From NCBI RefSeq assembly GCF_006345805.1, contig NW_021833424.1, positions 43,080-107,079 of the forward strand: a stretch of 64,000 nt of DNA, written 5' to 3'. The position numbers and the translations under genes are program-made. The notes under the pieces were generated by a model. The model was not told the origin of the DNA and ran no database searches. It worked only from the letters and a program-made list of their open reading frames with translations. Positions 12,640 to 26,254 of this stretch are shown here, piece by piece (within the stretch, counting starts at the first letter, position 1; the number at the start of each line of letters is the position of its first letter). This DNA comes from Octopus sinensis. Its lineage: Eukaryota.

Positions 12640-13900
12640 TCATCAGTTGTCTCAACACCCAGACATAATGCAGCGAAAAGCTGCATAAGACAACTTCCTT
12701 CTGAGCGGATATAATGCTGGGTGTCAGGAAACAAGTCATTATCTTCGAGAAACGGGAACAGTTTCCTCCTCACAATCAGTTCCATAACTTTGCTGACATT
12801 GGTTGTTAGAGAGACAACTCTATAAATTTTAGCAGCTGCTTTGCTACCTCCCTTATGGATAGGGTATAGAATGCCTTCCTTTAACTTTTTGGGAAGTCTC
12901 CCAGTTGCGAGAAGCCCTGGAAGAGAATCTGTAGTGGTCTTGCTAGATACCCTTTGCATTTCTTCAGGAGGATTGCTGGAAATCCATCGGGGCCTCTGGC
13001 TGAGTTCGAAATCATTTCATGAATGGCTGATGTTGCATCTATATTTTTCTGTTGGTTTGGCATTTTCTCTGGAGCAAACTTACTGCAGATATCATGCATG
13101 ATTGTCAGACAATTATGTAGCTTTATGCCAATATATTGCGTAGAGAGACTTGCAGACCAGTTTTGTCCCATGAACTCTTTCTCAACACTCTTCCAGACAT
13201 ACTTATGAAAGTTCAGTCTGGAGAGGAATTCTAATGGTCTGCACGTCAGCAGATTTTTGCGGACCATACATAATTGTATTAAGTTATGATCCGAGGGAGT
13301 CATGGGTGTCACCTTAACATTATTGATGAGTATCACGTTATTTGTGGGGTAAAATGAAGAGCTTGCTTGTGAGGTTGAGCAGAGATTCTACTTGTCTCTG
13401 TTCATGAAGTGACATACACTTGAGAAGGCAGCCTTCAGGTCATTCAACATTAGGGAGGTTGAAGTCTCCTAAAAGAAGAATGTAAAAGTTATCAACGTTG
13501 GTTAACACTTCTTCCATCTTTTTGAGGCTGTCTTCGAATGATTCCCTATGATTTGGAGCATCTTGTGGGTGTTATGTAGGACATATCACCATTTTCATGT
13601 TTAATGTGTATCACCAGAGTGTCACAGACTGAGTTGAATGTGACAGCATGACTGCAGGCGTGACATCATTCCGGTTACACATTGCAATTCTACCATGAGT
13701 CCTTTCTCTCCTGTCAGTTCGCAACACAGCTTACTTTGATAAGTATATTTCAGCATCCGACACATCAGCGTTCAGATGTGTTTCAAAAGTGCCGCGCATA
13801 TTGCTTGTCTACAGGTCACTGAATCTCTCACGCTTTAAGTTTTGCGTTGGTGGGACATTACAAGGCCCCTGATGTTCAACAGGAATAGTAGGGCGACATG
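12640..13900 (-). pseudogene. Decayed CR1/L2-type LINE ORF2 fragment (AP endonuclease and start of RT)
   Basis: LLNIRGL near 13880, SDHNLI, GPDGFPAILLK, PIHKGGSK...YRVVSLT..VSKVME; many frameshifts. Confidence 0.85.
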
Positions 13901-15240
13901 TACTGTGTTGGTAGTGATCATTGGTCTAACATACGTATAGGTGTAAGAGGTGACCACCCTGACTCTTTTGTTGTTTGGGTTGGTCTTGTTTCTCAGAGGA
14001 TGTTTGTTTAATCATGTATCCTAGAGGTTGCTATTTGCTTACGACTAACATTATTCGCTGGTTTATGTTACCGTATTGTATGACAATATTAACAATGAAA
14101 TCACAACTTGTGGTTGCTTTGATATCGTAGTTTATGCTTAATTGCATGTCAGCGTCGTGACAAATCCGACAGGTATTTCTCAAATATAACACGTGATCAC
14201 CAGAAGAATATTCTGAAAAAAGGGGAAAGACAACTCGGTGACGTCATGGTGAGTTGGTGTGTGAAAGATTTCTAGGTGAGAAGTCGAGGGTTCGAATCAT
14301 GGTTTGTTTTACTGCTACCGTGTTGCGCTCACGGTCAAACATTTACATACTAATCTCTTTCTCTCTCCCTCTCTTTTCCCTTCTCTCTCCCCCTCCCCCT
14401 CTCTCCCCTCTCTCTCTCTAGCTATAAATATCAATAGTTAACAAAAACTAACGAGGTGAGCTGACAGAAACATTAGCATATCGGACGAAATGCATAGTTG
14501 CATTTCTTCCGGTTCTTTGCTTCCTGAATTCAAGTCTCACCAAGGTCGTCTTTACCTTTCATCGTTTAGGGGTCCATAGAATAAAGAACCAGCCATGCAC
14601 TAGGTACGATGTAATCGACTAATCCTTCTCCTCTAAAACTCTGTGGCTTTGATCCCTGCAAACTAACCGGTGTCCAGTTAAGGGGTGAATGTTTTGATGT
14701 CAGGCACTTACATGCCACAGAAACTGGGCGATCGGCCTTACGTGCCACAGGACTCGAGAAAAATAAAAAGCAAACATGAGAATCACTAAGCTCTGCAATC
14801 AGTCATGTATTTGACCCTAGCCCTTTGCCTTTTATATATTATGAATTAGTCCTCGCTTATACATACATTCGAAACTGAAAACTTTTACCATAAAAATCAA
14901 CATGTATTGTATGGAGAACGCCTTAGAGGCACCACCAAGGTTATTTGTGATTTCTCTGATTTTGTCACGTGAAGTGGATCATGAATTTATATTATTATTA
15001 TATCTCTGTACGAAACGATCGTCTGCAAGAATTAAACGTCTTTTAAATTTTAACAATTTCTCCCCTCCATTTAAAAAAAAAGTTGATGGGATTTATGGAA
15101 CTCATGCCATGAATTCATCATACATTATACACAAGTACTACTTTCATACCTTCGCAAATTTACGCATGTAAACTCCCAGCAAAGTATGAAGAATCCACAT
15201 TGGAAACGTCCAATTAAAGGATGAATCCACATTCAACCTT

Positions 15241-15281
<41 letters not shown>

Positions 15282-15318
15282 GTATATATAAAAATTAGCT
15301 ACAGGATATCCAGAGGTA

Positions 15319-15406
15319 ATGCAGTACGATCGTTTCAAGCGACTCCATTTAATTGAACAATGCAATCATTACATCAATTTAAATGCAGAACAATCCTCAG
15401 CTGCAT
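15319..15406 (-). ncRNA. Type I hammerhead motif with long stem II
   Basis: ATGCAG-CTGAGGA-(57 nt containing CATTTAAATTGA/TCAATTAAATG)-GAAA-CGATCG-TA-CTGCAT; base of stem II mismatched. Confidence 0.7.
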
Positions 15407-15475
15407 AAATACATAAAATTAAATTAAATTAAAACAGATGGACACATTACTATAATTTTACCTAACACATATATA

Positions 15476-15521
<46 letters not shown>

Positions 15522-15536
15522 ATATATATATATATC

Positions 15537-15608
<72 letters not shown>

Positions 15609-15626
15609 ATATATATATAATATATA

Positions 15627-15657
<31 letters not shown>

Positions 15658-15669
15658 CATATATATATG

Positions 15670-15960
15670 TGAAGGGTGGCTATAAAGTCACACACCGTCC
15701 TGTAATATGTGAAATTGATAACATTCTCGTTTTTTTTTATCTCTTTTCCCAACTGCTGATATTACTCACAAACCAATCCTCACTGGATGGAGGCAGCTAA
15801 TCAACAAGACGGGGGCAACGTAATGGTGTGGTATGAGATTTAGCACAATTAACTAATTGGACCATTTTATTTTGAGGGCTCTGTGACAGGTGATTCGCAT
15901 GTGAACATGCTTGGCAACAAGGTAATGCTTCACGTGCCTTCACGTGGAAGGGTTACAATC
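15670..15960 (+). pseudogene. Tc1/mariner transposase remnant
   Basis: Translates to NPHWME...NVMVW...LIGPFYFEGSVTG..ML with stops. Confidence 0.6.
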
Positions 15961-16654
15961 ACCTCTGCTAGTATTACAGTTGAATCGTTGTTCTAAAATG
16001 TTTATTGTAGCAGTTTTGTTTTACATCTTACTGTATGGAATACATTATATAAATTTACAGAGAGAGAGAGAGAGAGAGAGAGCTGGGAGATGCTGTGTGC
16101 GTTTGAGCGTGAACTTCTAAAACGTAAATTCAAGGTGGGGACCAATTTCGTTTTCCATTTTAATGTTCTTCCTTATTCAAGTTTATTTAAAGGCAATAAA
16201 TATTTTTCTTTTGAAATTTAGTAATTTTTTAAACATTCTATGTAGAAATTTGATAAAGATTAAATTATAATTATTGCATATAGACCATATTTCCTGATAT
16301 TACTGACGATGGCAAAAGTATACATCTAAAGTTGGCATTCCTATGACGGGTAACATTCTGATGGATTTCATAAAAGAGCTACACCGAATTTCCTGTTTTC
16401 AATTCAGCAAATGATCGAAACATCAACCTGGTAGAATTATGAGAGCATCGGACTCAATGGCTGTCGATATTCTTCTGATTCTATAATTTCTGAGTTCAGT
16501 TCGGCTTCTCCTTTTATCCCTGCTGGATCGATAAAATAAAGTACGACTCAAAGACAAGGGTCGATTAAATTGACCAAGCCCCTTCCCTCAAAATTATTAG
16601 CCTTGAGCCTAAAGTAGAAACAATTCAGCTGTCTATAGAAAGATGAAGTACAGA

Positions 16655-16827
16655 ATAGGCAGAGGAGAGAGAGTGTGGTGAACAGCTTGGCTCTCAACCA
16701 CATGGTTCTTGGTTCAGTCCCGCTACGTGGCACCTTGACCAAGTATCTCCTATATTAGGCTCGGGTCGACCAAAGTCGTGTGAGGGGATTTGGTAGACAG
16801 AAACTGAAAGAAGCCCGTCGTGTGTGT

Positions 16828-16864
<37 letters not shown>

Positions 16865-17100
16865 TGTGTGTGTGTGTGTGTGTGAGTGTGTGTGTGTGTG
16901 TATTTCTTTGTGTCTCTGTTCGTCCCGCACCAGCATCCGACAGCCGATATTGGTGTGTCCACATCACCGTAACTTAACGGTTCAGCAAAAGAGATGACGG
17001 AAGAAGTACCAGACTTTAAAAGTAAAATATATCGGATTTGGTTCATTCGATTAAAACATTCTTGAGAACGGTACCCCAGCATGGCCGCAGTCTACTGTCT
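16655..17100 (+). mobile_element. SINE family B, diverged
   Basis: GGTTCAGTCCCGCTACGTGGCACCTTG, GGTAGACAGAAACTGAAAGAAGCCCGTCG, internal (TG)n, CCCCAGCATGGCCGCAGTC. Confidence 0.85.
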
Positions 17101-17753
17101 GCTATAAAAAAAAATGTATGTTAACGAGTGAAAGTGTCTGAGTAACTAACAAGAAAGAATCTGTGAGATTCTAAAACTAAAATAAAGACATCTTTTTTTT
17201 ATTTGATTATTTAATTCAGGGATGTTTGATAGCAGCTCTATTTTTGAGAACTTCTGGAGTCTTTGTCCGAGCGCTTTGAAGAGAGTAAACCCTACTAAAG
17301 ACAAGCAAAGGTTATGTGAAAGCGATAGATCAGGGCAGAGATTGAAGTCTTCCACCGAAAAGGAACAGTCCATGCCACAGGTTTTTACAATCCAGAATTC
17401 GTGAGATCGAACACGGAACAACGGAGTGGCAAAGTGATCTCCTTAACCACACGACCATCCCTGGAACATTGTCGGAAAGATACGATATTGGAGCGAAAAT
17501 GATGCTCTGGTTTTTGTGACAACAGTGTTTTGGTAAATTTCACTCTACATCCCATGTCTGTGGTGGTGAGGGAAGGGAAGTTGTAGAGGGTGTTATGGGT
17601 TCTTCAGTATTCTTGGAAATAACGAATTCCTAATTTGCAGATTTTAGCTTTTGTTTGGTATCTTAACGAATCAAAGAACCGACCATTCTGTTGAACAGAA
17701 GTCAGCTTTTCATTGAAGAAGTGGCCATCTATAGAAGATCGTAGATGAGTAGT

Positions 17754-17800
<47 letters not shown>

Positions 17801-18381
17801 TGATGATGATGATGATGAGGAGGAGGAGGAGGAGGGGGATAATGATAATAATAATAATACTAACTGGTTAATAAATGGTTAATGTTACATCCCTTACTTA
17901 AGACCAGTTCTGTCTGGGAATTTATCTGCTAATTCTAGCGAATCCCAGTAGATTTCTAATTAATCCGATATTAATGAGCTTGAGCATCGAAGTTGTCCAA
18001 ATCTGGAAATAATACATCATTAACAATCGTATTTTCTGGAATTAAACATCTTAAGAATATTGTTATTGAGACAGGATTTGATGAGATCCAACACCAAGAG
18101 AACTTTGTGTTCGCTGTCATATCTGCCAAAAAATGGTTTAGTGAGAGGGGAAGAGTAAAGTTCATGGAATCTGCGCGAACCACGATGCTTATGGTGCGGG
18201 AAGCGAGGGACGAACCTGAATGCATTGAACACTGCGATAGAAAACCTCACCTAATGGCATCTTCAGACTCCACACCTTCTCCGAATACCATAAACAGTGT
18301 GAACTCTGCTAGTGAGGCATCCAGAGACCAGGCCTTGGTCATAGACAGCGACATATTAAGTCTAACATCATATAGACGCCA

Positions 18382-18528
18382 CTGCGTAAATGGTACTTAT
18401 TTAATCGACCCCGAAAGGATGAAAGGCAAAGTCAACCTCGGCGGAATTTGAACTCAGAACGTAGAGACGGGCGAAATATGGCTACGCATTTCGCCCGGCG
18501 TGCTAACGTTTCTGCCAGCTCGCCGCCT
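18382..18528 (-). mobile_element. SINE family A fragment
   Basis: Head and first core unit match family A. Confidence 0.85.
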
Positions 18529-19635
18529 TATCCAACTCCATGCCTTCAAGTACAACCACCACAACAATAAACTGCAACAACAACAACAACAGCAATAACA
18601 GCAACCATCCAAGCAACTGTCACGTCCATTATTCACGTCTGAAAGGTGTAAGGTTCGATCTGAAGACGCCGCTGGAAGACTGCCTTATTAATCCCAGGTT
18701 CGGAAATGCATTTTCTGGCAATGCACTACTACCACCGCCACTACAACGGGGGTCACCACACCCAACGCTGCCGCCTCCATCAGCACCACCATCGCTACAA
18801 CCACTACTATGATCAACAACAACCCCATTATCGATACTAACACCAACACCACTGGCAATGCAACACCAACATCACCCCGACCAGCGCCTCCATGAACACC
18901 AATACCAACAACACCACCACCGCCAACAACAACCCAAACAACACCCGCCTATCCCCCACAAACACAACCCCCACCATCTTTGTACTACTAATAACTATTA
19001 CATACTTCCTTATGCTTTTACCCAGCCATCTACCCGGTTATCGGCGCCACCCCATTTTACTTTAAAGTATAATACAGATCCTGACCATCACCACCACCCC
19101 ATTTGCAACACACACGGACACACCGCCAAACATCAAACTTCAACCTCCCACTCCACTTCGCCCGGCTAAAGTGACACAATGTTATTCAATGACAGACTTC
19201 TCAGTTTCGTCTATGCTACACCACCGCCACGACGACGACGACCACCACCACCACCACCACCATCACCACTACCAACACATCCACCACCACCACCACCACT
19301 ACTAACACCACTACCATCACCACCCCCATCACTACGAGAAACAACTTTAACTCATCCCCCTCATAACAAACTTCAGGAAACCTCTAAGAGCTAGCTGAGA
19401 TTGCGAGAAATAGCAGTTATATTTTCCTTACATTACATCACACCGTTCATGTCTTAAAAGGACACTTTGAATGATGTTGTCCCATGTCTGGAAACGTTTG
19501 CAGTCGTACGTTTGCTCGAACAAAACAAACCTATGGGTAAACAACAGTTTTCAATGAAATGAGGGATTATCTTTAAGAATGGGCAAAACCCTGACTCGTG
19601 AGCAAAGTATAAGTGTGTGTGTGTGTGTGTATAAA

Positions 19636-19824
<189 letters not shown>

Positions 19825-19952
19825 CCGTTGTGGGATTTGTGAGAATCCAGATATATCGACAGGGATTGGCTGGGTCCGTAGTATTGAGCTGACACTACGT
19901 TGACGCACCGCTTAGTTGCTGATTGGCGGTAGTATACTGTAAGTATGTATAT

Positions 19953-20148
19953 AGCGCCATGATTGACCGCTGGCCACAAAAGCCTTTTTTTATTCTCCCT
20001 CTGTTTATTTTCTCGTTCTCCTTTCTGTTGAAGAGCATAGGCTCGAAACGTAAAAGACTTTCTCACCTTCCCTAGCGTTAAACTAATATACTTGTTTGTT
20101 GTTTACACGACTGTCTTCGTCTTTTGTATTTTTGTAAATTCCAATTAT
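19953..20148 (+). mobile_element. Short (about 200 bp) hammerhead-bearing element, Penelope pLTR-like (HHR motif 20021-20056)
   Basis: CTTT-CTGTTGA-AGAGC-ATAG-GCTC-GAAA-CG-TA-AAAG; homologous to 59953-60163 and 25030-25205; TA flanks. Confidence 0.65.
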
Positions 20149-20565
20149 ATATATGTACACGCACACATCGATCTATATATAGAGAGAAAAACATACAGGC
20201 GGAGAGATATATACATAAGTACCCAGTCAATATAAAATATGGATCCAACCCAGGGATGGTTCCAAGAGTAGCTTAAACTGAAAGGAAAACACAGTGGGGT
20301 TCAAAAGACAGTGAATAACAAATCAATGATGTCGTCGCAAATAGCTGGCGATCTGGGTAAATATTTGTTATTAGCGACTGAAGAAGGAATCTGTATATCT
20401 TACTTAACGTGGATATACGTTAAACTAATGAATACATCGAGGCCGATGAGTTGAATATTGGTGAAATCAAACTATCATAAAACTAATAATGTTTGGGACC
20501 ACGAAATATAAACATGATTGTGTTGTGGAAGTCAACAATTTTATTTGACATTAATAGGGTCTACT

Positions 20566-21050
20566 AAGGCGGCAGAATCGTTAGCACGCCGGACGAAATG
20601 CGTAGCCGTATTTCGTCTGCCGTTACGTTCTGAGTTCAAATTCTGCCGAGGTCGACATTGCCTTTCATCCTTTCGGAGTCGATAAATTAAGTACCAGTTA
20701 CGCACTGGGGTCGATATAATCAACTTAATCCGTTTGTCTGTCCTTGTTTGCCCTCTCTGTGTTTAGACCCTTGTGGGTAGTTAAGAAATAGGTATTTCGT
20801 CTGTCTTTATGCGAGGCATCTTGGGCAAGTGTCTTCTGCTATAGCCTCGGGCCCACCAATGCCTTGTGAGTGGATTTGGTAGACGGAAACTGAAAGAAGC
20901 CTGTCGTATATATGTATATATATGTATGTGTATGTATGTACTTATTCTATCGGTCTCATTTGCCGAACCGCCAGATGCCATGCAGTGGGATTGAACTTGG
21001 TACCATGTGTCTGCGAACCAAGCTACTTACCTCACAGCCACTCCTGCGCC
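20566..21050. mobile_element. SINE A (plus) fused to an internally rearranged SINE B
   Basis: A body to about 20810; B middle on plus 20812-20940; B 3' piece and B head on minus 20939-21050. Confidence 0.8.
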
Positions 21051-21051
21051 T

Positions 21052-21102
<51 letters not shown>

Positions 21103-21245
21103 GCTTATAAATACACATTCTTGAAACCAAACATTATATCTATATCTATAATAAATATAGTGTACAAAAGTTTATGTGTGTGTGTTTGTGTGTATATGGC
21201 GTGTGTATTGCGATATATATGTATATATATGTGTGCGTAGACAGG

Positions 21246-21294
<49 letters not shown>

Positions 21295-22491
21295 GAAAGA
21301 GAGAAAGAAAAAGAAAGAGAGAGGGAGGTATGCTTAATTATAAATATACATATATATGTATTTATATATGCATGCATGTAAGTATACACACACACGCACA
21401 CACACATACATACATATATATATATATACTTATATACGTACATAAAGACAGTTGTGATTTAAAATTCGTCCATACACGTAAATGTATGGACATCTAGTTT
21501 GTACACACGCTTTTATATATATATATAGGTATGAATATTTGTGTGTGTGTGTATGCGTGTATGTCCGTGTGTATTATTTATATGTATGGTTAATTGCTAT
21601 TAAATTATATATGTAATTTAATAGCCATTATCATCCAAATTACCATTTCAGTGAGTTCTTTCCTCCATTAGTGTCCAGAGATCGATAAAGTTCTAATGAT
21701 AATACGCATCGATCACTGACGAACAAAACTATCAGCTCAACTCTTCGAGACTCTCTCTCACTCTCTCTCTCTCTCTCTCTCTTTCTATCTCTTTCTCTCG
21801 CTTTTTATCTTCCTTTCTCTGTCCGTTCCCTCTCTCTCTCTCTCTCTCTTCTTTCCTTTCTCTTCATCTTTGTCTTTCTTCCCTCCTCTCTCTCCTCTTT
21901 TTTTTTTCTATTTTCATCTCCTCATTTGTTCAACCATCCATTCCTTAATTTCGTTTATCGGATTTTTCTCCGTTCCACCAAATGTCCATTTATATGCAAG
22001 CTAGTCACTTATCGAAGCGATATTGTCAACGGACGAGACACAAGATCGTATCCGATGAGAGGCCATTAAGGCGAGACACTTTCTTCCAGCAAACTTAACC
22101 TCACTTTAAGCAAATTGCCAAGTTGATGCCAGTCTGTCTGTGTGTGTGGAAGGGTCAACATGTAATAGAAAACTGTCTCCATACACAGCAGACATTTTCC
22201 TCAGCATTCTTCCACTCTCGGCTTCGTATAGACACCTCTTATTTGCAATGTTTATTCTTGCAGGATTATAAATGGAACAATCACGAAGAGAGGTCTAACT
22301 TCAATTATAGAACGTTAGTAATATATTAACAGAGAATATATTGTCAATAATGTGACACGGGCCTATCCACGTACACAGTTTTCGGTGATGTAACATTGAC
22401 ATCGAACGATAAGACGATAATCTGATTACGATTTTTCGGGCTATTAAGCTCATCTTTAAAGATGAAACATTACATACATATATATATATTT

Positions 22492-22541
<50 letters not shown>

Positions 22542-22637
22542 TATATATAATATAGATATATATATATATTATATATATATATATACATACATACATACAT
22601 AAATACATACATACATATGTATATATATATATTGTGA

Positions 22638-22683
<46 letters not shown>

Positions 22684-22718
22684 GCATACACACACCCACA
22701 CACACAATATATATATAG

Positions 22719-22750
<32 letters not shown>

Positions 22751-23298
22751 ATATGTATAATATATATATATACATCTAACACATGTATGTATGTATGTAT
22801 GTATATACATATACATATATGAAGAGATGTGCGTATGCGTCTACACAAATGTAAAAATATTAAATATGTTTAATTTCTGAAGATGAGGTTAAAAGTCCGA
22901 GAATTCGCAATCTGATTAACAGCAGCGAATCACAGACACATAATGAGATAATAATTCTCCCGTACTGTCAGACATTGCAATCACAGACTTCAGACAGAAA
23001 ACTGAAACAACACTAGGCCAGGCACCATTTATTGCTTATTAGTCTATTACAGTAGATACGTATATACATTCCTGTGTGTGAATTTGTGCGTGTGTGTCTG
23101 CATGTATGTAGAAATCTCAGAAGTGTCACCAATTCAGTTATATTGAACGTTAGCATATATATGATATATGTGGTTTTATTATCGCTGCTTTCATGTTGAG
23201 AATTAGTATGCATATATAATATATAATAGTCTTATGATATTGAAATATGTAACCGATCCTGTTCTATTAAATATTCACTTATATAATACATAATTATA

Positions 23299-23685
23299 CA
23301 GCAATACCTCGCAATACGAGTTTAATTCGTTCCATGACCGAGTTCGTCTTACGATTTACTCGTTTTACAAATCAATTTTCCCCATTGAAATTAACTAAAA
23401 TATAATTAATTCGTTCCAGTCCCCAAAAACCACTCAAAAAATAATTTTTAATGAGTTTTAAAACAGAAAAGGTGTAGTTAGAAGTAAAATGACAATTATA
23501 GGAAAAGAGAATGCAAAAGAAATATGTAAACTGGTTTTATTAATTGAATTACCTTAAAGAGGGGACGAGTTGTGTGCTCGTAATGCGGATTTCTGCGCGA
23601 ACTTCAAGACAAACATTTGCATGAGCCTCGCCTCGTGCAGCAAATTACTCGTATAATGAGGTGCTCGTACTGCGAAGTTCTACTG
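23299..23685. mobile_element. pogo/Tigger-type MITE
   Basis: TA-CAGCAATACCTCGCAATACGAG ... CTCGTACTGCGAAGTTCTACTG-TA imperfect TIRs with TA flanks. Confidence 0.75.
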
Positions 23686-24199
23686 TATATAGTAGCTATT
23701 AAGTATTCTGCTATGACAAGGTGCAATTTCTACCTGTTCTATAAAACCAGTATGTGCGCGTATGCACGTCTTTTAAAAACAGATGAAATACCTTGTTGAA
23801 TGAATGCTTTTTTTTTCTTTCGTTTTTCTTATTTTTCGTTTTTCTTTTGTTTGTTTTTTTATGGTTTAATACGAAGTCGGTCCATCTTTGGTATCAACCA
23901 GAGCTTTAATTCGACTTGTACAGGTTTTGAATGGTCGGTTGTGAAGAGAACGTTGAGCCATTTTTTTCAAGTAAAACCCTTTTCAGTTCTTTCAAGGACG
24001 ATGGCGGAAGGGAGCGTCTCTTTCACTTGCTGCTGAAAAATGTGCCATAAATGTTCAATTTAGTTCAGACCCGGTGATTGGGAGTTCGAAGTGGGCTACT
24101 TTGCCTTTCAGGTCTTCCTATCAATTCTGAATACCATTAGCCGTGGGAATCGGTGCATTATCTCTCCGTAGCAGAAACACTGATAGCACATTCATTATT

Positions 24200-24248
<49 letters not shown>

Positions 24249-24249
<1 letters not shown>

Positions 24250-24511
24250 TCCAATAACACTGTGTTTATTCCACGTAACTTCACTGAATTTATATATTCA
24301 CACGCACGCGCGCGAGCATACACAACTCTCACACACGCACATGCACACGCACACGCACACGCACGCATCACACACACACACACACACGATCACACCAACG
24401 CATACATGCACACACACACACACATATGCACACACACATGCACACACACATACATGTACACACACTCACACACGAACCGACACACACACACACACTCACA
24501 TTCAAACATGC

Positions 24512-24548
<37 letters not shown>

Positions 24549-24594
24549 GCACACACCTGCCACACCATCACACACACACACACACACACACATA

Positions 24595-24654
<60 letters not shown>

Positions 24655-24786
24655 CCGACTCTCTGTCAGTTTTAACTTCCGTTCAGAATTATGTTTGCCA
24701 AAATTGATTTCGCCTTCGGTTTTGAATGCCAGCATGATTATATACGTGTGTGTGTGTGTGTGTGTGATGGTGTGGCAGGTGTGTGC

Positions 24787-24823
<37 letters not shown>

Positions 24824-25083
24824 GCATGTTTGAATGTGTGTGTTGTGTGTTGTGTGTCGGTGGGCGTGTGAGTGTGTGTACATGTGTGTGTGTGCATGTG
24901 TGTGTGCATATGTGTGTGTGTGTGTGCATGTGATGCGTGGTGTGATGTGTGTGTGTGCGATGCGTGCGTGCGTGTGCGTGTGTGCATGTGTGCATGTGTG
25001 AGAGTGTATGTATGGCTCGCGCGCGTGCGTGTGAATATATAAATTCAGTGAAGTTACGTGGAATAAACACAGTGTTATTGGAC
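24249..25083. repeat. Inverted duplication, arms about 340 bp (24249-24594 / 24743-25083)
   Basis: GTCCAATAACACTGTGTTTATTCCACGTAACTTCACTGAATTTATATATTCAC and the following CA mosaic are mirrored. Confidence 0.92.
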
Positions 25084-25112
25084 GCTCAGGAAAGGAAAGA
25101 AAGGAAAGAGGA

Positions 25113-25145
25113 TTTCACGTTTCGAGCGGAGCTCTTCATCAGAAA
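25113..25145 (-). ncRNA. Ultra-minimal hammerhead motif, probably inactive (GUG at cleavage site)
   Basis: TTT-CTGATGA-AGAGC-TCC-GCTC-GAAA-CG-TG-AAA. Confidence 0.65.
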
Positions 25146-25233
25146 CATAAAAAAGTCCAAAGAAGAGAAGACAAAGAAAAATTGCCAACGATACACACGC
25201 GGTCAAATGATAATATATATAAACATATATATA

Positions 25234-25273
<40 letters not shown>

Positions 25274-25295
25274 TTTATCCCCGTCTGTCTTGATA

Positions 25296-25667
25296 TATAA
25301 ACAATTATAAATAAGGGCAACGAAAAAAAATTCTAATGCCAGATATGCCGAAAATTGGACATATTTCCATTAACCATATAATTTTTTCACAATATGCACG
25401 CTACTCGAAAAAAGGTCGACAGAAATTTCTAAAACATTCCATTATTACCATATTTCAGGGTTAGCTTATAACAGCCCTCCTTCGTCAGTGATACATGTGA
25501 TACATATCACAGTGATACATGTGATACATGATGCAGTGATACACATTTTTTCGAGTAGCGTGCATATTGTGAAAAAATTATATGGTTAATGGACTATATG
25601 TCCAATTTTTCGGCATATCTGGCATTAGAAATTTTTTCGTTTGCCCTTAATAATAAATTGTTTTATA
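25296..25667. repeat. Inverted repeat (arms about 118 bp) with a hammerhead-like core in the spacer (25445-25493, minus)
   Basis: Arms 25296-25413 / 25546-25667; spacer reads CTGACGA-AGGAGGG..CCCT-GAAA on minus; short GTGATACAT tandem next to it. Confidence 0.85.
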
Positions 25668-25764
25668 GATTTAACCTTTAAATGTATTTTTTGATATGCT
25701 GGCCATTGATAAAATTTTTGGGGGGAAAAGAATATTTTTTTCGAAAAATATTTTATCCTTCATT

Positions 25765-25802
<38 letters not shown>

Positions 25803-26044
25803 GGTGTGTATGTATGTTGTATGTATGTATGTTGATCTTGTATGTATGTGTTGTATATGTTATTATTATATACACACAAATTAGGAAAGACGGCACTTAC
25901 GAATATTTACAAGTTGCTCGAGTTTGGTGGATCTAAGTGGAATAAAATGGCTGCAACAGAGTGAACGACGCTAAATGTACACAAGTAATAATAATTGGCG
26001 GTATTAAAGGGGGTGAAATATTCACGGTCAGAAACATTTCACAT

Positions 26045-26198
26045 TCTCTTTTACTCTTTTCTCTTTTACTTGTTTCAGTCATTTGACTGCGGCCATGCTG
26101 GAGCACCGCCTTTAGTCGAGCAAATCGACCCCAGGACTTATTCTTTGTAAGCCCCAGTACTTATTCTATCGGTCTCTTTTGCCGAACCGCTAAGTGAC
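26045..26198 (-). mobile_element. SINE family B 3' fragment
   Basis: Near-identical to the tails of other B copies. Confidence 0.9.
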
Positions 26199-26254
26199 AT
26201 GATAGAGTTCGATACAGTTTCCATCTACCTGCTGTCCAATTACATTCACAAAAG

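Noticed and set aside
14230-14305. TGACGTCA palindrome followed by GGTTCGAATC
   Set aside because: Isolated motifs, most likely a decayed SINE head
17146-18381. 152-aa ORF and neighbours as a host exon or LINE remnant
   Set aside because: No recognisable motif; the ORF ends inside a SINE; possibly a very old retroelement but unsupported
20330-20520. CTGAAGAAGGA core-like word
   Set aside because: No matching stem II/GAAA/stem I partner found
24143-24871. 242-aa HT-rich ORF and similar YI/CV/YLSI ORFs throughout the window
   Set aside because: Di- and tetranucleotide repeat artefacts
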